Shown: positions 52,725-64,000 of the stretch, piece after piece
Layout of the letters: each line of letters begins with the position of its first letter
How positions within the stretch are numbered: position 1 is the stretch's first letter
Source of the DNA: Gammaproteobacteria bacterium
Lineage (GTDB): Bacteria; Pseudomonadota; Gammaproteobacteria; Steroidobacterales; Steroidobacteraceae
Length of the DNA: 64,000 bases
Assembly: GCA_027452045.1 (NCBI GenBank)
Contig: DAIDHH010000083.1
Span: 2,139 to 66,138 of the forward strand
Direction of reading: 5' to 3'
Position numbers and translations under genes: made by a program
Notes under the pieces: generated by a model
The model's input: the letters and a program-made list of their open reading frames with translations, nothing else
Databases searched by the model: none
What the model was told of the DNA's origin: nothing

Positions 52725-54992
52725 ATGGCGCGCAGCAACCGCGTGGTGTCTGGATATGACTTCCTCGACCGGCACGCCGAAGTCATCGAGCGGCTCGTGC
52801 CGGGCATTCGGGCGGTGGCGTTCTTCGACGCCCGAGGCAGACCCCTGAGAGGTCACGGGCCGGTACCGCTTACGCAAGTTCGCCTGCAGGTTCGCTCCGT
52901 CCTCAAATCCACTGCCATCGGGTCGGGCCGCCGCCCCAGGGGCGCCATGCTGCCGGTCACTGCTTCCGAGCGCGCAGCGAGTTTCGTTCTATACGCGGCA
53001 AGCGGAACCGGCGGACCGAATCGAACGGCATCCCCCGTTGCGGGGGTGTGTCTGATTGTCTTTCACGTCGGCGCTGGCGGGGAGTGTCCGCCCGTCGAGA
53101 CCCTGCAGGCGCAGCTCGAACCGGCGCTGGCTTGCGTCGGGGATCACTTGGCGCGGTACGCCGCAGAGAGCCGAGGAGTCGCTGCGGACGAGGGGGTGCG
53201 GGACCTCGAGTGGCTGTATGAGGTCACACCGCCCGTTCCCCATCGAGACGCACCTCAGCTCCGCTCCGATCACGGTGAGCGACTGGCAACGTTGGTGGGC
53301 GCCGCGGTGGTGCATCTGGAATGCGCACTCGGTGCGCTCGTGGTGCCGGAGAGGCAGCTGCGGATTGTCCGCACCACTGAGGCTGCCTATGGTACCGAAG
53401 AGGCCCTCCGGCGTCTCGCGCCACCGGTACTCAGCTGGGTTCAGAACAAGAATCGACCCCTGGTGGTCAATAAAACGACGACCTGGAACAGGGGCGCCGC
53501 GGCGAGGGGCGCACCCTTGGCCGTGAGACTCCTTGCTGTGCCCGTGAACGGGCACGGGAGCCTACCGGCGGGCGCGCTGATGCTGCTGCGCCCGGAGGAG
53601 GCGCCCGAATTTACCCCAAGACATCTATCGCTGGTCAAGCTCCTGGGCCGTCACGTCGCGTCCCTGCTCGAGACGGACTTCGATGTCCTGACGGGCCTGC
53701 ACACCCGCGCGAGCGCGCACAGCCGAGTGGCCTCCTGGGAAGAGGCGACACCTCATCCGCCGGGCCCGCACAGTGTGATCTTCCTCGGCATCGACCGGTT
53801 GGGCATCGTCAATGACACCAAGGGTTTCGATGCCGGAGATGCGCTCATTGTTCGCGTCGCGCAGCTTCTCGCGGAGCCGCATCTGCCGCCCGATGCCGTG
53901 GCGGCGCGCATCTCGAGCGACAAATTTGCGATCGCGCTGCCCCGTGTGAACACCGATGCGGCCGCCGATACGGCCCGAGCGCTGCAGCAGGCCGCGGCAC
54001 GGCTGTCGCCCGATTCTGCCGCGGGCGACGAGCCGGTGTCCTTGAGTTGCGGTATCGCCTGTTTTACCGGCGCGCAAGAGTTCCCGAGCGCCCTCGCGCT
54101 CGCCCAGCTCGCCTGCCGGACCGCCAAGGACCACGGGCGGGTGGGCGTCGAGATCTATCAGGACGACGATGACTCAATGATCCGCCGTCGTTCCGACTCG
54201 ATCGCCGTCCTTCGACTGCGGGAAGCGCTCCACAATAACCGCTTCACGCTGGTTGCGCAGCGGATCATGCCGCTGCAGGGACGAGGTGACCCGGAGGGCT
54301 TCGAACTCCTGCTGCGCTCGCCAAACGAGGATCACGCGCCCGCGGAACTGCTCTCCGCGGCGCACCGCTGCCAGTTGGCGCCCACGCTCGACTTGTGGGT
54401 CGTCGAGCACGCCCTCGCCGCGGCGGCTGCGCACCGCTCGGCGCTGCTCGCGGCAAACGTCTCGCTATCGATCAACATCACGGGCCCTTCTCTAACGGAT
54501 GCGATGTTCCTCGAGCGCATCGAGCGGCTGATTCGCCGCTCGCGAATTGCTCCCGCGCTGATCACCTTCGAGATCACTGAGACCATCGCGGTGCTGAATG
54601 TCGCGAGGGCCCTCAACTTCGTTCGCGAACTGCGGGCCATGGGCTGCCGTTTCGCGCTCGATGACTTCGGCACGGGGACCAATTCCCTGAAGAATCTGAC
54701 GGACCTGCCTGTCGACCACATCAAGATCGATGGCAGCTTCGTCACCGACATTCTCAGCAATTCCCAGTCGGTCGCCATGGTTCGCGCGATCGTCAGTCTC
54801 GCCCAGGACCTGGGTATTGGTACGGTCGCAGAGTACGCTGAGAACGGGCGGATCATCGAACGATTGCGTGAGCTCGGCGTGCAGTACGCACAAGGGTACG
54901 GCGTGGAAAAGCCGCGGGCTTTCAAGGACGTGCTGAACGAGTTGAGCGCGCGCGAGTCGCAGAAGAATGCAGCCTTGGGCCGCGAGGTCTAG
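52725..54992 (+). CDS. signalling protein: N-terminal sensory region, degenerate GGDEF (SSDKF), and an EAL domain
   Basis: aggagg lies upstream of ATG52725. RISSDKFAIAL replaces GGDEF. EAL-domain motifs: GFELLLR, ALDDFGTGTNSLKNL, KIDGSF, QGYG. Confidence 0.8.
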   Translation: MARSNRVVSGYDFLDRHAEVIERLVPGIRAVAFFDARGRPLRGHGPVPLTQVRLQVRSVLKSTAIGSGRRPRGAMLPVTASERAASFVLYAASGTGGPNRTASPVAGVCLIVFHVGAGGECPPVETLQAQLEPALACVGDHLARYAAESRGVAADEGVRDLEWLYEVTPPVPHRDAPQLRSDHGERLATLVGAAVVHLECALGALVVPERQLRIVRTTEAAYGTEEALRRLAPPVLSWVQNKNRPLVVNKTTTWNRGAAARGAPLAVRLLAVPVNGHGSLPAGALMLLRPEEAPEFTPRHLSLVKLLGRHVASLLETDFDVLTGLHTRASAHSRVASWEEATPHPPGPHSVIFLGIDRLGIVNDTKGFDAGDALIVRVAQLLAEPHLPPDAVAARISSDKFAIALPRVNTDAAADTARALQQAAARLSPDSAAGDEPVSLSCGIACFTGAQEFPSALALAQLACRTAKDHGRVGVEIYQDDDDSMIRRRSDSIAVLRLREALHNNRFTLVAQRIMPLQGRGDPEGFELLLRSPNEDHAPAELLSAAHRCQLAPTLDLWVVEHALAAAAAHRSALLAANVSLSINITGPSLTDAMFLERIERLIRRSRIAPALITFEITETIAVLNVARALNFVRELRAMGCRFALDDFGTGTNSLKNLTDLPVDHIKIDGSFVTDILSNSQSVAMVRAIVSLAQDLGIGTVAEYAENGRIIERLRELGVQYAQGYGVEKPRAFKDVLNELSARESQKNAALGREV

Positions 54993-55317
54993 GTCGAGCG
55001 GTTGCGGCGCGCCTCTACTTTCCTTGCGCATCAGATCGTCGCGTCTGCCTGCGCACTCGACTTCCTATTGTTCGAGGCTCGACGGCGGAAAGCGACCCGA
55101 GATTGATCTGTAATTGAGCAGTGCTTTGCGCACAAGACTCGCTCGGCGAGATTTCAACGTCGGCCGGTCCGGGCGACTGCGCCAATGCCTCCGCGCCGCC
55201 GGCGGTGGAGACTGCGGTAGCGAGAGAAACGGAGCACGCGCCCGCGTTCCTCGACAGTCCCGAGCATGATGCAGAATCACCCCGGGGAGCCCTTCACTCC
55301 CGCGCACTCGATGTGGC

Positions 55318-57466
<2,149 letters not shown>

Positions 57467-57496
57467 GGGGTGTTCTCCTCGTTGCGGTGTCGAGCT

Positions 57497-57772
57497 TTAC
57501 CGCTCGACCGTTGACGGATAGCCGGCGTTGCGGGTGGCCTGGGTCAGTGCGGCGACCGTGGTCTTGGCGTCATCGAATGTGACGACCGCGTCCTTCTTCG
57601 GCAGACTCACTTCGATCTTACGGACGCCAGGGACTTTCGAGAGCGCCTCCTTCACCGTAACCGGGCACAGCGCACAGTGCATGCTCGGAATGGCCAGCGT
57701 GACGGTGCGGGTGGCGGCCCACGCCGGCGTGACGACACCGGTGAGAACAAGTGCGGCAAGCAGATTTTTCAT
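57497..57772 (-). CDS. merP: periplasmic mercury-binding protein MerP
   Basis: Signal peptide. TVTLAIPSMHCALCPVTVKEAL. Ends ...AGYPSTVER. Confidence 0.9.
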   Translation of the reverse strand: MKNLLAALVLTGVVTPAWAATRTVTLAIPSMHCALCPVTVKEALSKVPGVRKIEVSLPKKDAVVTFDDAKTTVAALTQATRNAGYPSTVER

Positions 57773-57805
57773 GGAGAACTCCTCACGTCAAGGGAACAGG
57801 GGACT

Positions 57806-58174
57806 TCAATAAAACCAGGGTGCCGCGTACGAGAAGACGAGCGCGATCAGAATCAACGCGGCCACGCACCAGAATATGAGCTTGTAGATGGTCCGGACGT
57901 GTGGCATGGCACAAACCTCACCGGGCGTGCAGGCGCGCGCTGGCCGAAAAATGCGCCACCATGCGAAGAACAAGGCGATCAGCGCGGCGCCGAGAAAAAA
58001 CGGGCGGTAAGGCTCGAGCCGCGTCAGGTTGCCGATCCAGGCGCCACTTACGCCGAGCAGCACGAGCACGAGCGGTCCGAGACAGCAGGCCGAGGCCAGG
58101 ATCGCGGCCAGCCCGCCGAGGACGAGGCTTCCCATCCTGACTGCGGGTTGTTGGGCCGGGGTTTCTCCGCGCAT
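57806..58174 (-). CDS. merT: mercury transporter MerT
   Basis: GGLAAILASACCLGPLVLVLLG ... LEPYRPFF ... ACTPGEVCA. Confidence 0.9.
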   Translation of the reverse strand: MRGETPAQQPAVRMGSLVLGGLAAILASACCLGPLVLVLLGVSGAWIGNLTRLEPYRPFFLGAALIALFFAWWRIFRPARACTPGEVCAMPHVRTIYKLIFWCVAALILIALVFSYAAPWFY

Positions 58175-58207
58175 GCAGTGCCTCTTGCGGCTTCCCAGAT
58201 TGGGGGT

Positions 58208-58238
58208 ACCTTAAGACCGTACTCGACTACGGAGTCAA
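58208..58238 (-). promoter_or_regulatory. merTPCA promoter/operator with a 19-bp spacer and MerR dyad
   Basis: The minus strand reads ttgact-ccgtagtcgagtacggtct-taaggt. Nearly the Tn501 merOP pattern (TTGACT...CCGTAC..GTACGG...TAAGGT). Confidence 0.85.
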
Positions 58239-58239
58239 T

Positions 58240-58674
58240 ATGCCCGAGTCCTATACCATCGGAGCGCTGGCAAGAGAGGTCGGAGTCAATGTGGAGACGG
58301 TCCGCTACTACCAGCGTCGGGGCCTCATCGGGGAGCCGCGCCGCCCGCCGGGCGGGATCCGCCGCTACGGTAAGGCCCACGCGGGGCGGCTGCGGTTCAT
58401 TCGGCAAGCCCAAGAACTCGGCTTCAGCTTGGAGGAGGTGAGAGAGCTCCTCGTGCTCGAGGACGGCCAGCATTGCCGAGAAGCCGAACGACTCGGCGCC
58501 ATCAAATTGACCGCGGTAAGGGAGCGGCTGGGTCAGCTGCGGCGGGTTGAGCGAGCGCTCGCGGCCCTCGTCGACCAGTGTCACAGCAATGCAGGGAGAG
58601 TGCGCTGTCCGCTGATCGCCGCGCTGGGGGCTGGGCGGATGGTCAATTCTCGCGAGCAGCGCTCGGACGGCTGA
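58240..58674 (+). CDS. merR: Hg(II)-responsive regulator MerR
   Basis: YTIGALAREVGVNVETVRYYQRRGL. Cys pattern ...GQHCREA...QCHSNAGRVRCPLIAAL. Divergent from merT. Confidence 0.9.
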   Translation: MPESYTIGALAREVGVNVETVRYYQRRGLIGEPRRPPGGIRRYGKAHAGRLRFIRQAQELGFSLEEVRELLVLEDGQHCREAERLGAIKLTAVRERLGQLRRVERALAALVDQCHSNAGRVRCPLIAALGAGRMVNSREQRSDG

Positions 58675-59343
58675 GGGTCGCCAGGAGCGCTCAGGCGCCG
58701 GTCGGGATCTCGGCGCGGAATGCGCGGATGGAATCAGCGTGCGGCCATCGATGCCAGCAGCGCACGCCCTGGAAGCGGGGGACACCGGCCGGTCCTCGGC
58801 ACTGCGCAGCGGGGCGCAAAAGAATGGCGGGCAAGTGCTGCACACCGGCGGCGCCGAGTTCCAAGAGCGCGCCGCGCGCATGTATGCCAAGCTGAATACC
58901 CGCCTCATGAATCCGGATCTGGCTGAGATTGTTCGGGATGCACCGCAGCCGGCGTGGGATCACCTGGCATGGGCAGCGAGCAGCCAGCGGGCCCGCGAGG
59001 AGCGAGAGAGGGAGCGCGATGGGGCCGCCGGCCGGGAACGGCGGGCGGTCGAATGGTGGAATCGGTGATTGCCGGCCGAACGAGAGGCAGGGATGCCAGA
59101 GGCGGCGGCCAGCCCCGAGAGCACTCTTGCCGGCGCGCGGCATCGGGGGAGAGACTACCAGGATGCTGGCCGGCCGTCGCCGGTAGAAGCCGTCGCAGCG
59201 CGGGAGCGTGGACATCGGCCCGGTGCTCGCTTCGGGCACGCAAGGGGACGGACGCTGAGCGGTCCGGATGCGGCGCACCGAGACAGCGGCCATGGTGAGG
59301 CTCGCGCTGTGGCAGCAGCGCTACGGGACTTCTGAAGCCCCGC

Positions 59344-60042
59344 TCAAGGCTGCAGCCGGGTCACGCGCCACGGTTCGGGTTCGAACGTCTCGCCGGTCGC
59401 GGTCAGCCGCCGGGTCCACAGCAGTCGGTCGTGAATGCGCGCCGCGCCCTCCACCCAAAGCTCGACCGATTCGGCCCAAAGACGGTAGCCGCCCCAATGG
59501 GGTGGTCTGGGGATCACTCCCTCGAACGGCGCGCGCATTGCGCTATCCGGCACTGGCGCGCCGAAACGTTCGGCCGCCGCCGCGAGCGCCCGCTCAAGCG
59601 CCTGCCGGGATTCGGCGGGCTCGCTCTGTGCGCTCGCCCATGCCCCGATCCGGCTCTGCCAGGGGCGAGAGGCGAAATAGCGATCGCTATCAGGGGGCGG
59701 TGCCGTGACCACCGGGCCCTCGATGCGCACCTGCCGGTGCAGCGCATCCCAGTGAAAGACCGCGGCCGCGCGACCGTTGGCCGCGAGTTCGCGGCCCTTG
59801 CGAGACTGGTAGTTGGCGTAGAAGGTGAGGTAGCCGGGCTCGACCGACACGCCTTTGCAGAGCATGACGCGCGCCGACGGGCGTCCTTCGGCATCGCACG
59901 TGGCCAGGACCATGGCGTTCGGATTGGGTTGCACCCGGTGGTTGCGCGCCTCGGCGATCCACCGCTCGAGCACGGCGAGCGGCTCGGCCGGCTGAGCGCC
60001 GGCGGACAGTTCATTGGGCATGGGCATGGACATGGGCGTCAT
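59344..60042 (-). CDS. pdxH: pyridoxamine 5'-phosphate oxidase
   Basis: NAMVLATCDAEGRPSARVMLCKG, FYANYQSRKGREL, VRIEG, RPWQSRIGAWAS, PPHWGGYRL, ELWVEG...HDRL. Confidence 0.85.
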   Translation of the reverse strand: MTPMSMPMPNELSAGAQPAEPLAVLERWIAEARNHRVQPNPNAMVLATCDAEGRPSARVMLCKGVSVEPGYLTFYANYQSRKGRELAANGRAAAVFHWDALHRQVRIEGPVVTAPPPDSDRYFASRPWQSRIGAWASAQSEPAESRQALERALAAAAERFGAPVPDSAMRAPFEGVIPRPPHWGGYRLWAESVELWVEGAARIHDRLLWTRRLTATGETFEPEPWRVTRLQP

Positions 60043-60161
60043 GGTGCGGAATTCGGACCCCTCCGCGGGAGTGAGTTAATTTATGTGTATATCTCCGTAT
60101 TGAACCGGAGAAGTCACCGCTGCGAGAATTTTTCCTTCTTACAATCGAACGACAGCCTCTC

Positions 60162-60542
60162 TTGCTGCATCTCCCCGCGGATCTCGAAACTCTCCTGACG
60201 CACGCGGGGGACTGCGCGCTGGTCGTTGGGGAGTCGGGCTCCATTCTGTTCGCCACCGATCCGGCCTGCCGCCTGCTCAAGTATGCGCCGGGTGCGCTCG
60301 ACGGTCAGATTGTCGAGTCCCTCATGCCCGAACGGTATCGCGTGGCGCACATCAGCCACCGCCTGCGCTTCACGGACGAACGCCGTATGCGGCCGATGGG
60401 AACAGGTCTCCCGCTGGTCGCTCTCTGCAAGGACGGTTCCGAGGTGCCGGTGGACATCAGCTTGAATCCGGTTCAGCGTGGGCTGGTCACCCTCACTGTC
60501 GTCGGAATCCAGGTGCGAGAATCCGGTTCCTCCCTCAGATGA
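60162..60542 (+). CDS. stand-alone PAS-domain protein (TTG start, uncertain)
   Basis: ALVVGESGSILFATDPACRLLKYAPGALDGQIVESLMPER ... KDGSEVPVDISLNPV. Confidence 0.55.
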   Translation: MLHLPADLETLLTHAGDCALVVGESGSILFATDPACRLLKYAPGALDGQIVESLMPERYRVAHISHRLRFTDERRMRPMGTGLPLVALCKDGSEVPVDISLNPVQRGLVTLTVVGIQVRESGSSLR

Positions 60543-60664
60543 ATACGATCCACCGTCGGCTGACGGTGACCTGGTAGCGGCCCGGACGCTTGAGGTCCGA
60601 GTGGCCAATCCCCTGGTCAGCGGGAGCCGGGACACGAGCGGGCGCGATGAGGCAGAAGCACGGC

Positions 60665-60982
60665 TTATCGCGACCCGCGATCCTTCTTCTCGCGCGCCGC
60701 TTTGATCTCCTCGCTCAATCTGCGCAGGTCATCCAGCGTGCGCTTCCTCGGGCGGGACTGACCGTCCGCCGCTAATGTGGATCTATTGTATGGATCATGC
60801 GGCGGCGCGGGATCCCGCAGGTCGTTGCCGTCGCAGCTCAAATCCGAGCCGAGCGTCCTCAGACGCTGAGTATCGATGTCACGGTCGAATCCGCCGGTTT
60901 CGCCTTGCCACTCCCACGTGGCGTTTCCCCGCTCATCGAATGCGACCCGCCCGGAAGGCTTGCGCGGTTTGTGGGTGCTCAT
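60665..60982 (-). CDS. 105-aa hypothetical protein, copy 2 of the inverted paralogue pair
   Basis: ATG60982 within ORF 60665..61066. MSTHKPRKPSGRVAFDERGNATWEWQGE... The upstream promoter-like sequence is also similar to copy 1. Confidence 0.55.
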   Translation of the reverse strand: MSTHKPRKPSGRVAFDERGNATWEWQGETGGFDRDIDTQRLRTLGSDLSCDGNDLRDPAPPHDPYNRSTLAADGQSRPRKRTLDDLRRLSEEIKAAREKKDRGSR

Positions 60983-61143
60983 ATTCCAACTCTTCTTGAC
61001 AATAGGATAGTACCGTCGGGTCTTGACTTCTGCAGCGCCACTGCCAAGCGCAGCGCGTTGTAACACCGCTCGGTTCCGTAGGGTGGGTCATTGAGGACGA
61101 ACAAGACCTTCATGGCAACCTCATCGCACGCGCAGGAAGGAAT

Positions 61144-61392
61144 TCAGTCGCCCAGCACGCGTCGACGCTCCTCGAACTCCTCCTTGTTGATCTCCCCGCG
61201 CGCATACCGCTCCCTGTGAGTGTCGAACGCAGTGCGCGCAGGAGGCGCGTGCCGTGGCGGCTCGATCGCGTGCCAGGAGCCGCCTAACCAGCGCACGAGC
61301 AGCACGATGGCTGAAATGAGCGCGGCTAGAACGAGGATCATGATCAGCGGACCGAAAATCATGCCGTACCACCCTGCGCCCCAGCCCATCAT
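61144..61392 (-). CDS. SHOCT-domain membrane protein (paralogue of 20158..20424)
   Basis: GMIFGPLIMILVL TM segment. RERYARGEINKEEFEERRRVL. Confidence 0.8.
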   Translation of the reverse strand: MMGWGAGWYGMIFGPLIMILVLAALISAIVLLVRWLGGSWHAIEPPRHAPPARTAFDTHRERYARGEINKEEFEERRRVLGD

Positions 61393-61585
61393 GGACGGGC
61401 CACAGGCCTAGCCTCTGGGCTCAAGGGGTTGCTGCGCCCAGAGCACATGTGGCGCAGCGGCGCCGCTGGCTGCGGCCAGGAATGTCCACGTCGATGCCTT
61501 ATTCATGTTCATCCTCCGTTCTCGAGCCGATCCGAGGGGTACGGGCCCGCGGGCACCTGTTGCGCGCATCGTGCCCGGCGAAGGG

Positions 61586-62258
61586 CTAAGCGGCTGTGGA
61601 CGCTTCGACCGGCAACCCGGCGGCTTTCCATTCCGGATAACCCTCCTCGAGACGATACGCTTCGAGGCCTTTGGATCTCAGCACCGCGACCGCCTCGTAG
61701 GAGAGAACGCAATAGGGTCCCCGGCAATATGCAATCACCGCGTGGTCCTTCGGCAGACTTGCCAAGGCTGCGTCCAGCTCTGCGAGTGGAGCGTTGATCG
61801 CACCGGGCAGGTGGCCGTGCAAAAACTCATCGGCCGGGCGGACATCCAGCAGCGTCACCGATTCACTGCGCAGTCGCTCGATCAGCTCCTCCCGGGAGAT
61901 CGGCTCAAGCGCATCGCGCGCGCGGAAATAGCTGTTCATGATCCGCTCGATCTCGGCAACGTTGCGCTCGCCGACCCGGCCGAGCGATCCAAGGAGGGCG
62001 ACGACGTCGGAGTCCGAGATCAGGCTGTAGAGCATCCGCTTGCCCTCGCGGCGGGGCTCAGCCAAGCGCGCGCCGCAGGATCTGCAGGTGCCGCGAGGCA
62101 TTGGCGAGCGAAAACCCGGTGCGCACAGCGAGTTCTTCGACGCTGCGCTCGCCCTGAGCGATCAGCTCGAGAAGCTCCAGTCGGTGCGGATGCGCGAGGG
62201 CCGCCGCGATATCGGCGAGGTGCCCATAAACGCGATGCTTGGGCGTATTGGTTGACAT
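61586..62258 (-). pseudogene. ArsR-rhodanese fusion, third paralogue, split by a frameshift near 62060-62070
   Basis: ORFs 62058..62258 (wHTH, ...ANASRHLQILRRA) and 61586..62101 (rest plus rhodanese, AYCRGPYCVLSY) join if 2 nt are restored. The span is 673 nt (3n+1). Confidence 0.7.
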
Positions 62259-62326
62259 GGCAGTGCCTTAAGTCAATCATTCCGCGAACTGATTGAATAA
62301 GCAAGCATCCAAGGCGAGGAAATGTC

Positions 62327-63066
62327 ATGATCCTGCGTCGGTTCCTGCACAAAGATCCGATTGCCGTGTCTTACCTGCTGGGATGCGCAGGCAAAGGCGC
62401 CGCCGCGATCGTTGATCCGGTTTTTCCGATTGAGCCCTACCCGATGCCGCAAGGGTCGCCGGGACACCGATCCGGCTCGTGGTCGATACCCACATTCATG
62501 CCGATCACCGATCAGCCGGCCGGGAGCTGGCCGTTAGAGCGGGAGCGGATTACGCGCTGCATGCCTCGGCCGAGACCGGTTTCGCATTTCGCGGTCTGAC
62601 GGACGGCGAGCGGATCGAACTCGGCAATGTGGCGCTCGATGTCCTTCATACCCCGGGGCACACGCCGGACCACCTCTACCTGCTGGTCACCGACCGGACT
62701 CGGGCCCAGGAACCCTGGTGCGTGCTGACTGGGCACACGCTCATGGTAGGCGATGTAGGGCGCACCGAGCTCGCCTCCGATGCCGCGAGCGGTGCCCGGG
62801 CATTGTTCACGAGCCTCGAGCGGCTGAAGGCTCTGCCGGACCATATCGAAGTCTTGCCGGGCGCCGTGGCCGGCTCGGTGTGCGGCCGCGGCCTCTCGGG
62901 AAAGCCGATTTCCACGATCGGATTTGAGCGGCGCCACAACGCCGCTTTCGGTATTGCTGAAGCGGGGCAGTTCGTCGCGTTCATGCTCGAGAACATACCG
63001 CCGGCACCCCCTGAAGCGATGGAGCTACGCGCCGGGAACGCCGGGCTGCCGGGCGCGCCCGCATGA
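62327..63066 (+). pseudogene. MBL-fold metallo-hydrolase (persulfide dioxygenase / glyoxalase II-like), split by a 1-nt frameshift near 62438-62442
   Basis: ORF 62327..62599 (MILRRFLHKDPIAVSYLLGC...) and ORF 62479..63066 (VVDTHIHADH ... LHTPGHTPDH). The span is 740 nt (3n+2). Confidence 0.7.
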
Positions 63067-64000
63067 GGGCAGAGGCGAGCGGTGCCGGCGCAATGGCAGC
63101 GCATCCGCGTGGCATTGCGGCCAACCGGAGTCAGTTCAGCCTGCAGATGCTCCAGGTGTTCTTCGTCGGCTTGATCATCGGCATGGAGCGCGCCGTTCTG
63201 CCGGCGGTCGCGCGGGATTTCGGAGTGGCGCGCGGCGCGTTTCTCTTCCTCGCGAGCTTCGTGCTCTCCTTCGGCCTGGTCAAGGGCGCCCTCAATCTCC
63301 TCGCCGGCGGGCTCGCGGACCGCTTCGGTCGCAAGCCCGTGTTGCTTGCCGGATGGCTGGCCGCCATTCCGATTCCGTTGCTGATCTACGTCGCGCCGAA
63401 CTGGTGGTGGATCGTTGCCGCCAACGTGTTTCTCGGCGTCAGTCAGGGATTCACCTGGACGATGACAGTCACCAGCCAAATCGACCTCGCGAGCAGCCAT
63501 CAGCGCGGACTCGCGGTCGGGATCAACGAGGCGACCGGGTATGTTGCTGTGGGGTTCGCGGGTCTCGGGGCGGCGTTTCTCGCTGAGCACATCGGTGCCC
63601 GACCGGCGTTGCTGCTGTTTGGCCTCGCCACGATCGGTGCGGCGCTTGCGACGCTCGTGCGAGTGCGTGACACCCTTGCGTGGGTCCATGCGGAACACGC
63701 CGAGATGCACGGAGCTCGGTTGGCCGGTGATGCGCCGAGTCTTGGCGCGACCTTCCTCCGGCTTTCCTTTCGCGACCGAGCGGGAAGCGCGCTGTGCCAG
63801 GGCGGCGTCGTCAACAAGATCGCCGATACCCTGGTGTGGGTGATGTTCCCGCTGTACTTCAAGGCGCACGGCGCGGGACTGCTGGAGATCGGATGGTTGA
63901 CGGGGGTGTACGCGGTGATCTGGGGGCTCTCTCAGCTCTGGACCGGGCACCTAGCCGATCGTATCGGCCGCAAGCGGCCGGTGGTCGCGGGGTTCTTTCT
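63063..64000 (+). CDS. MFS transporter (3' end beyond the window)
   Basis: My own translation of frame 3 from ATG63063 (ATGA overlap with the MBL stop). No stop before the window end. GGLADRFGRKP and HLADRIGRKRP MFS signature loops. Absent from the ORF track because it is open-ended. Confidence 0.75.
   Translation, partial: MRAEASGAGAMAAHPRGIAANRSQFSLQMLQVFFVGLIIGMERAVLPAVARDFGVARGAFLFLASFVLSFGLVKGALNLLAGGLADRFGRKPVLLAGWLAAIPIPLLIYVAPNWWWIVAANVFLGVSQGFTWTMTVTSQIDLASSHQRGLAVGINEATGYVAVGFAGLGAAFLAEHIGARPALLLFGLATIGAALATLVRVRDTLAWVHAEHAEMHGARLAGDAPSLGATFLRLSFRDRAGSALCQGGVVNKIADTLVWVMFPLYFKAHGAGLLEIGWLTGVYAVIWGLSQLWTGHLADRIGRKRPVVAGFF

Noticed and set aside
58675-59343. Overlapping ORFs (up to 200 aa) between merR and pdxH.
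   Set aside because: No consistent frame, and the products are low-complexity. One stretch (MYAKLNTRLMNPDLAEIVRDAPQPAWDHLAW) looks protein-like but is too short to assign. Possibly a gene remnant.

Overview
High-GC, proteobacterial-type DNA; organism not identifiable from sequence alone. Most of the window is one integrated mobile element with a mosaic metal and sulfur cargo.

Left flank and attachment site:
- An AbiE-like pair (wHTH protein plus nucleotidyltransferase) occupies 1-1564.
- A 47-nt 3' fragment of tRNA-Thr(CGU) at 1681-1727 looks like an attachment-site remnant. No complete tRNA, rRNA or CRISPR array was seen.

Element backbone (1953-15971):
- Tyrosine integrase, AlpA/Xis-like HTH, and a 1109-aa Toprim-primase/P-loop protein.
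- higBA, followed by a lower-GC cassette: a 156-aa helical ORF and a DEDDh exonuclease.
- A MOBQ relaxase operon with an RSF1010-like nick motif (candidate oriT), a ParA/StbB-like ATPase, and an orphan trbJ.
- No other T4SS gene or coupling protein is present in the window, so this reads as a decayed ICE or a mobilizable element.

Cargo (about 15.97 kb to the window end):
- ArsR-controlled TonB receptor module.
- A long minus-strand string: desaturase, DsrE, SQR-like enzyme, ArsR regulators, methyltransferases, a SHOCT protein and an ArsM-like enzyme.
- ArsR-rhodanese fusion, GATase, cysteine desulfurase and methyltransferase cluster, split by an IS630 remnant.
- A Cu-type P1B ATPase carrying a frameshift and a CPC-to-CPR change.
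- cusCBA-like genes.
- A Cyc2-like cytochrome-porin gene bracketed by roughly 0.5-kb direct repeats.
- A second RND triad with a cnrYXH-like ECF module.
- A SSDKF-EAL signalling protein, merRTPCA, pdxH and a PAS protein.
- A second SHOCT and ArsR-rhodanese locus, an MBL-fold hydrolase, and a partial MFS gene at the right edge.

Caveat: three genes carry single-site frameshifts, which could be real decay or assembly error. All functional calls come from motif reading by eye; no searches were run.
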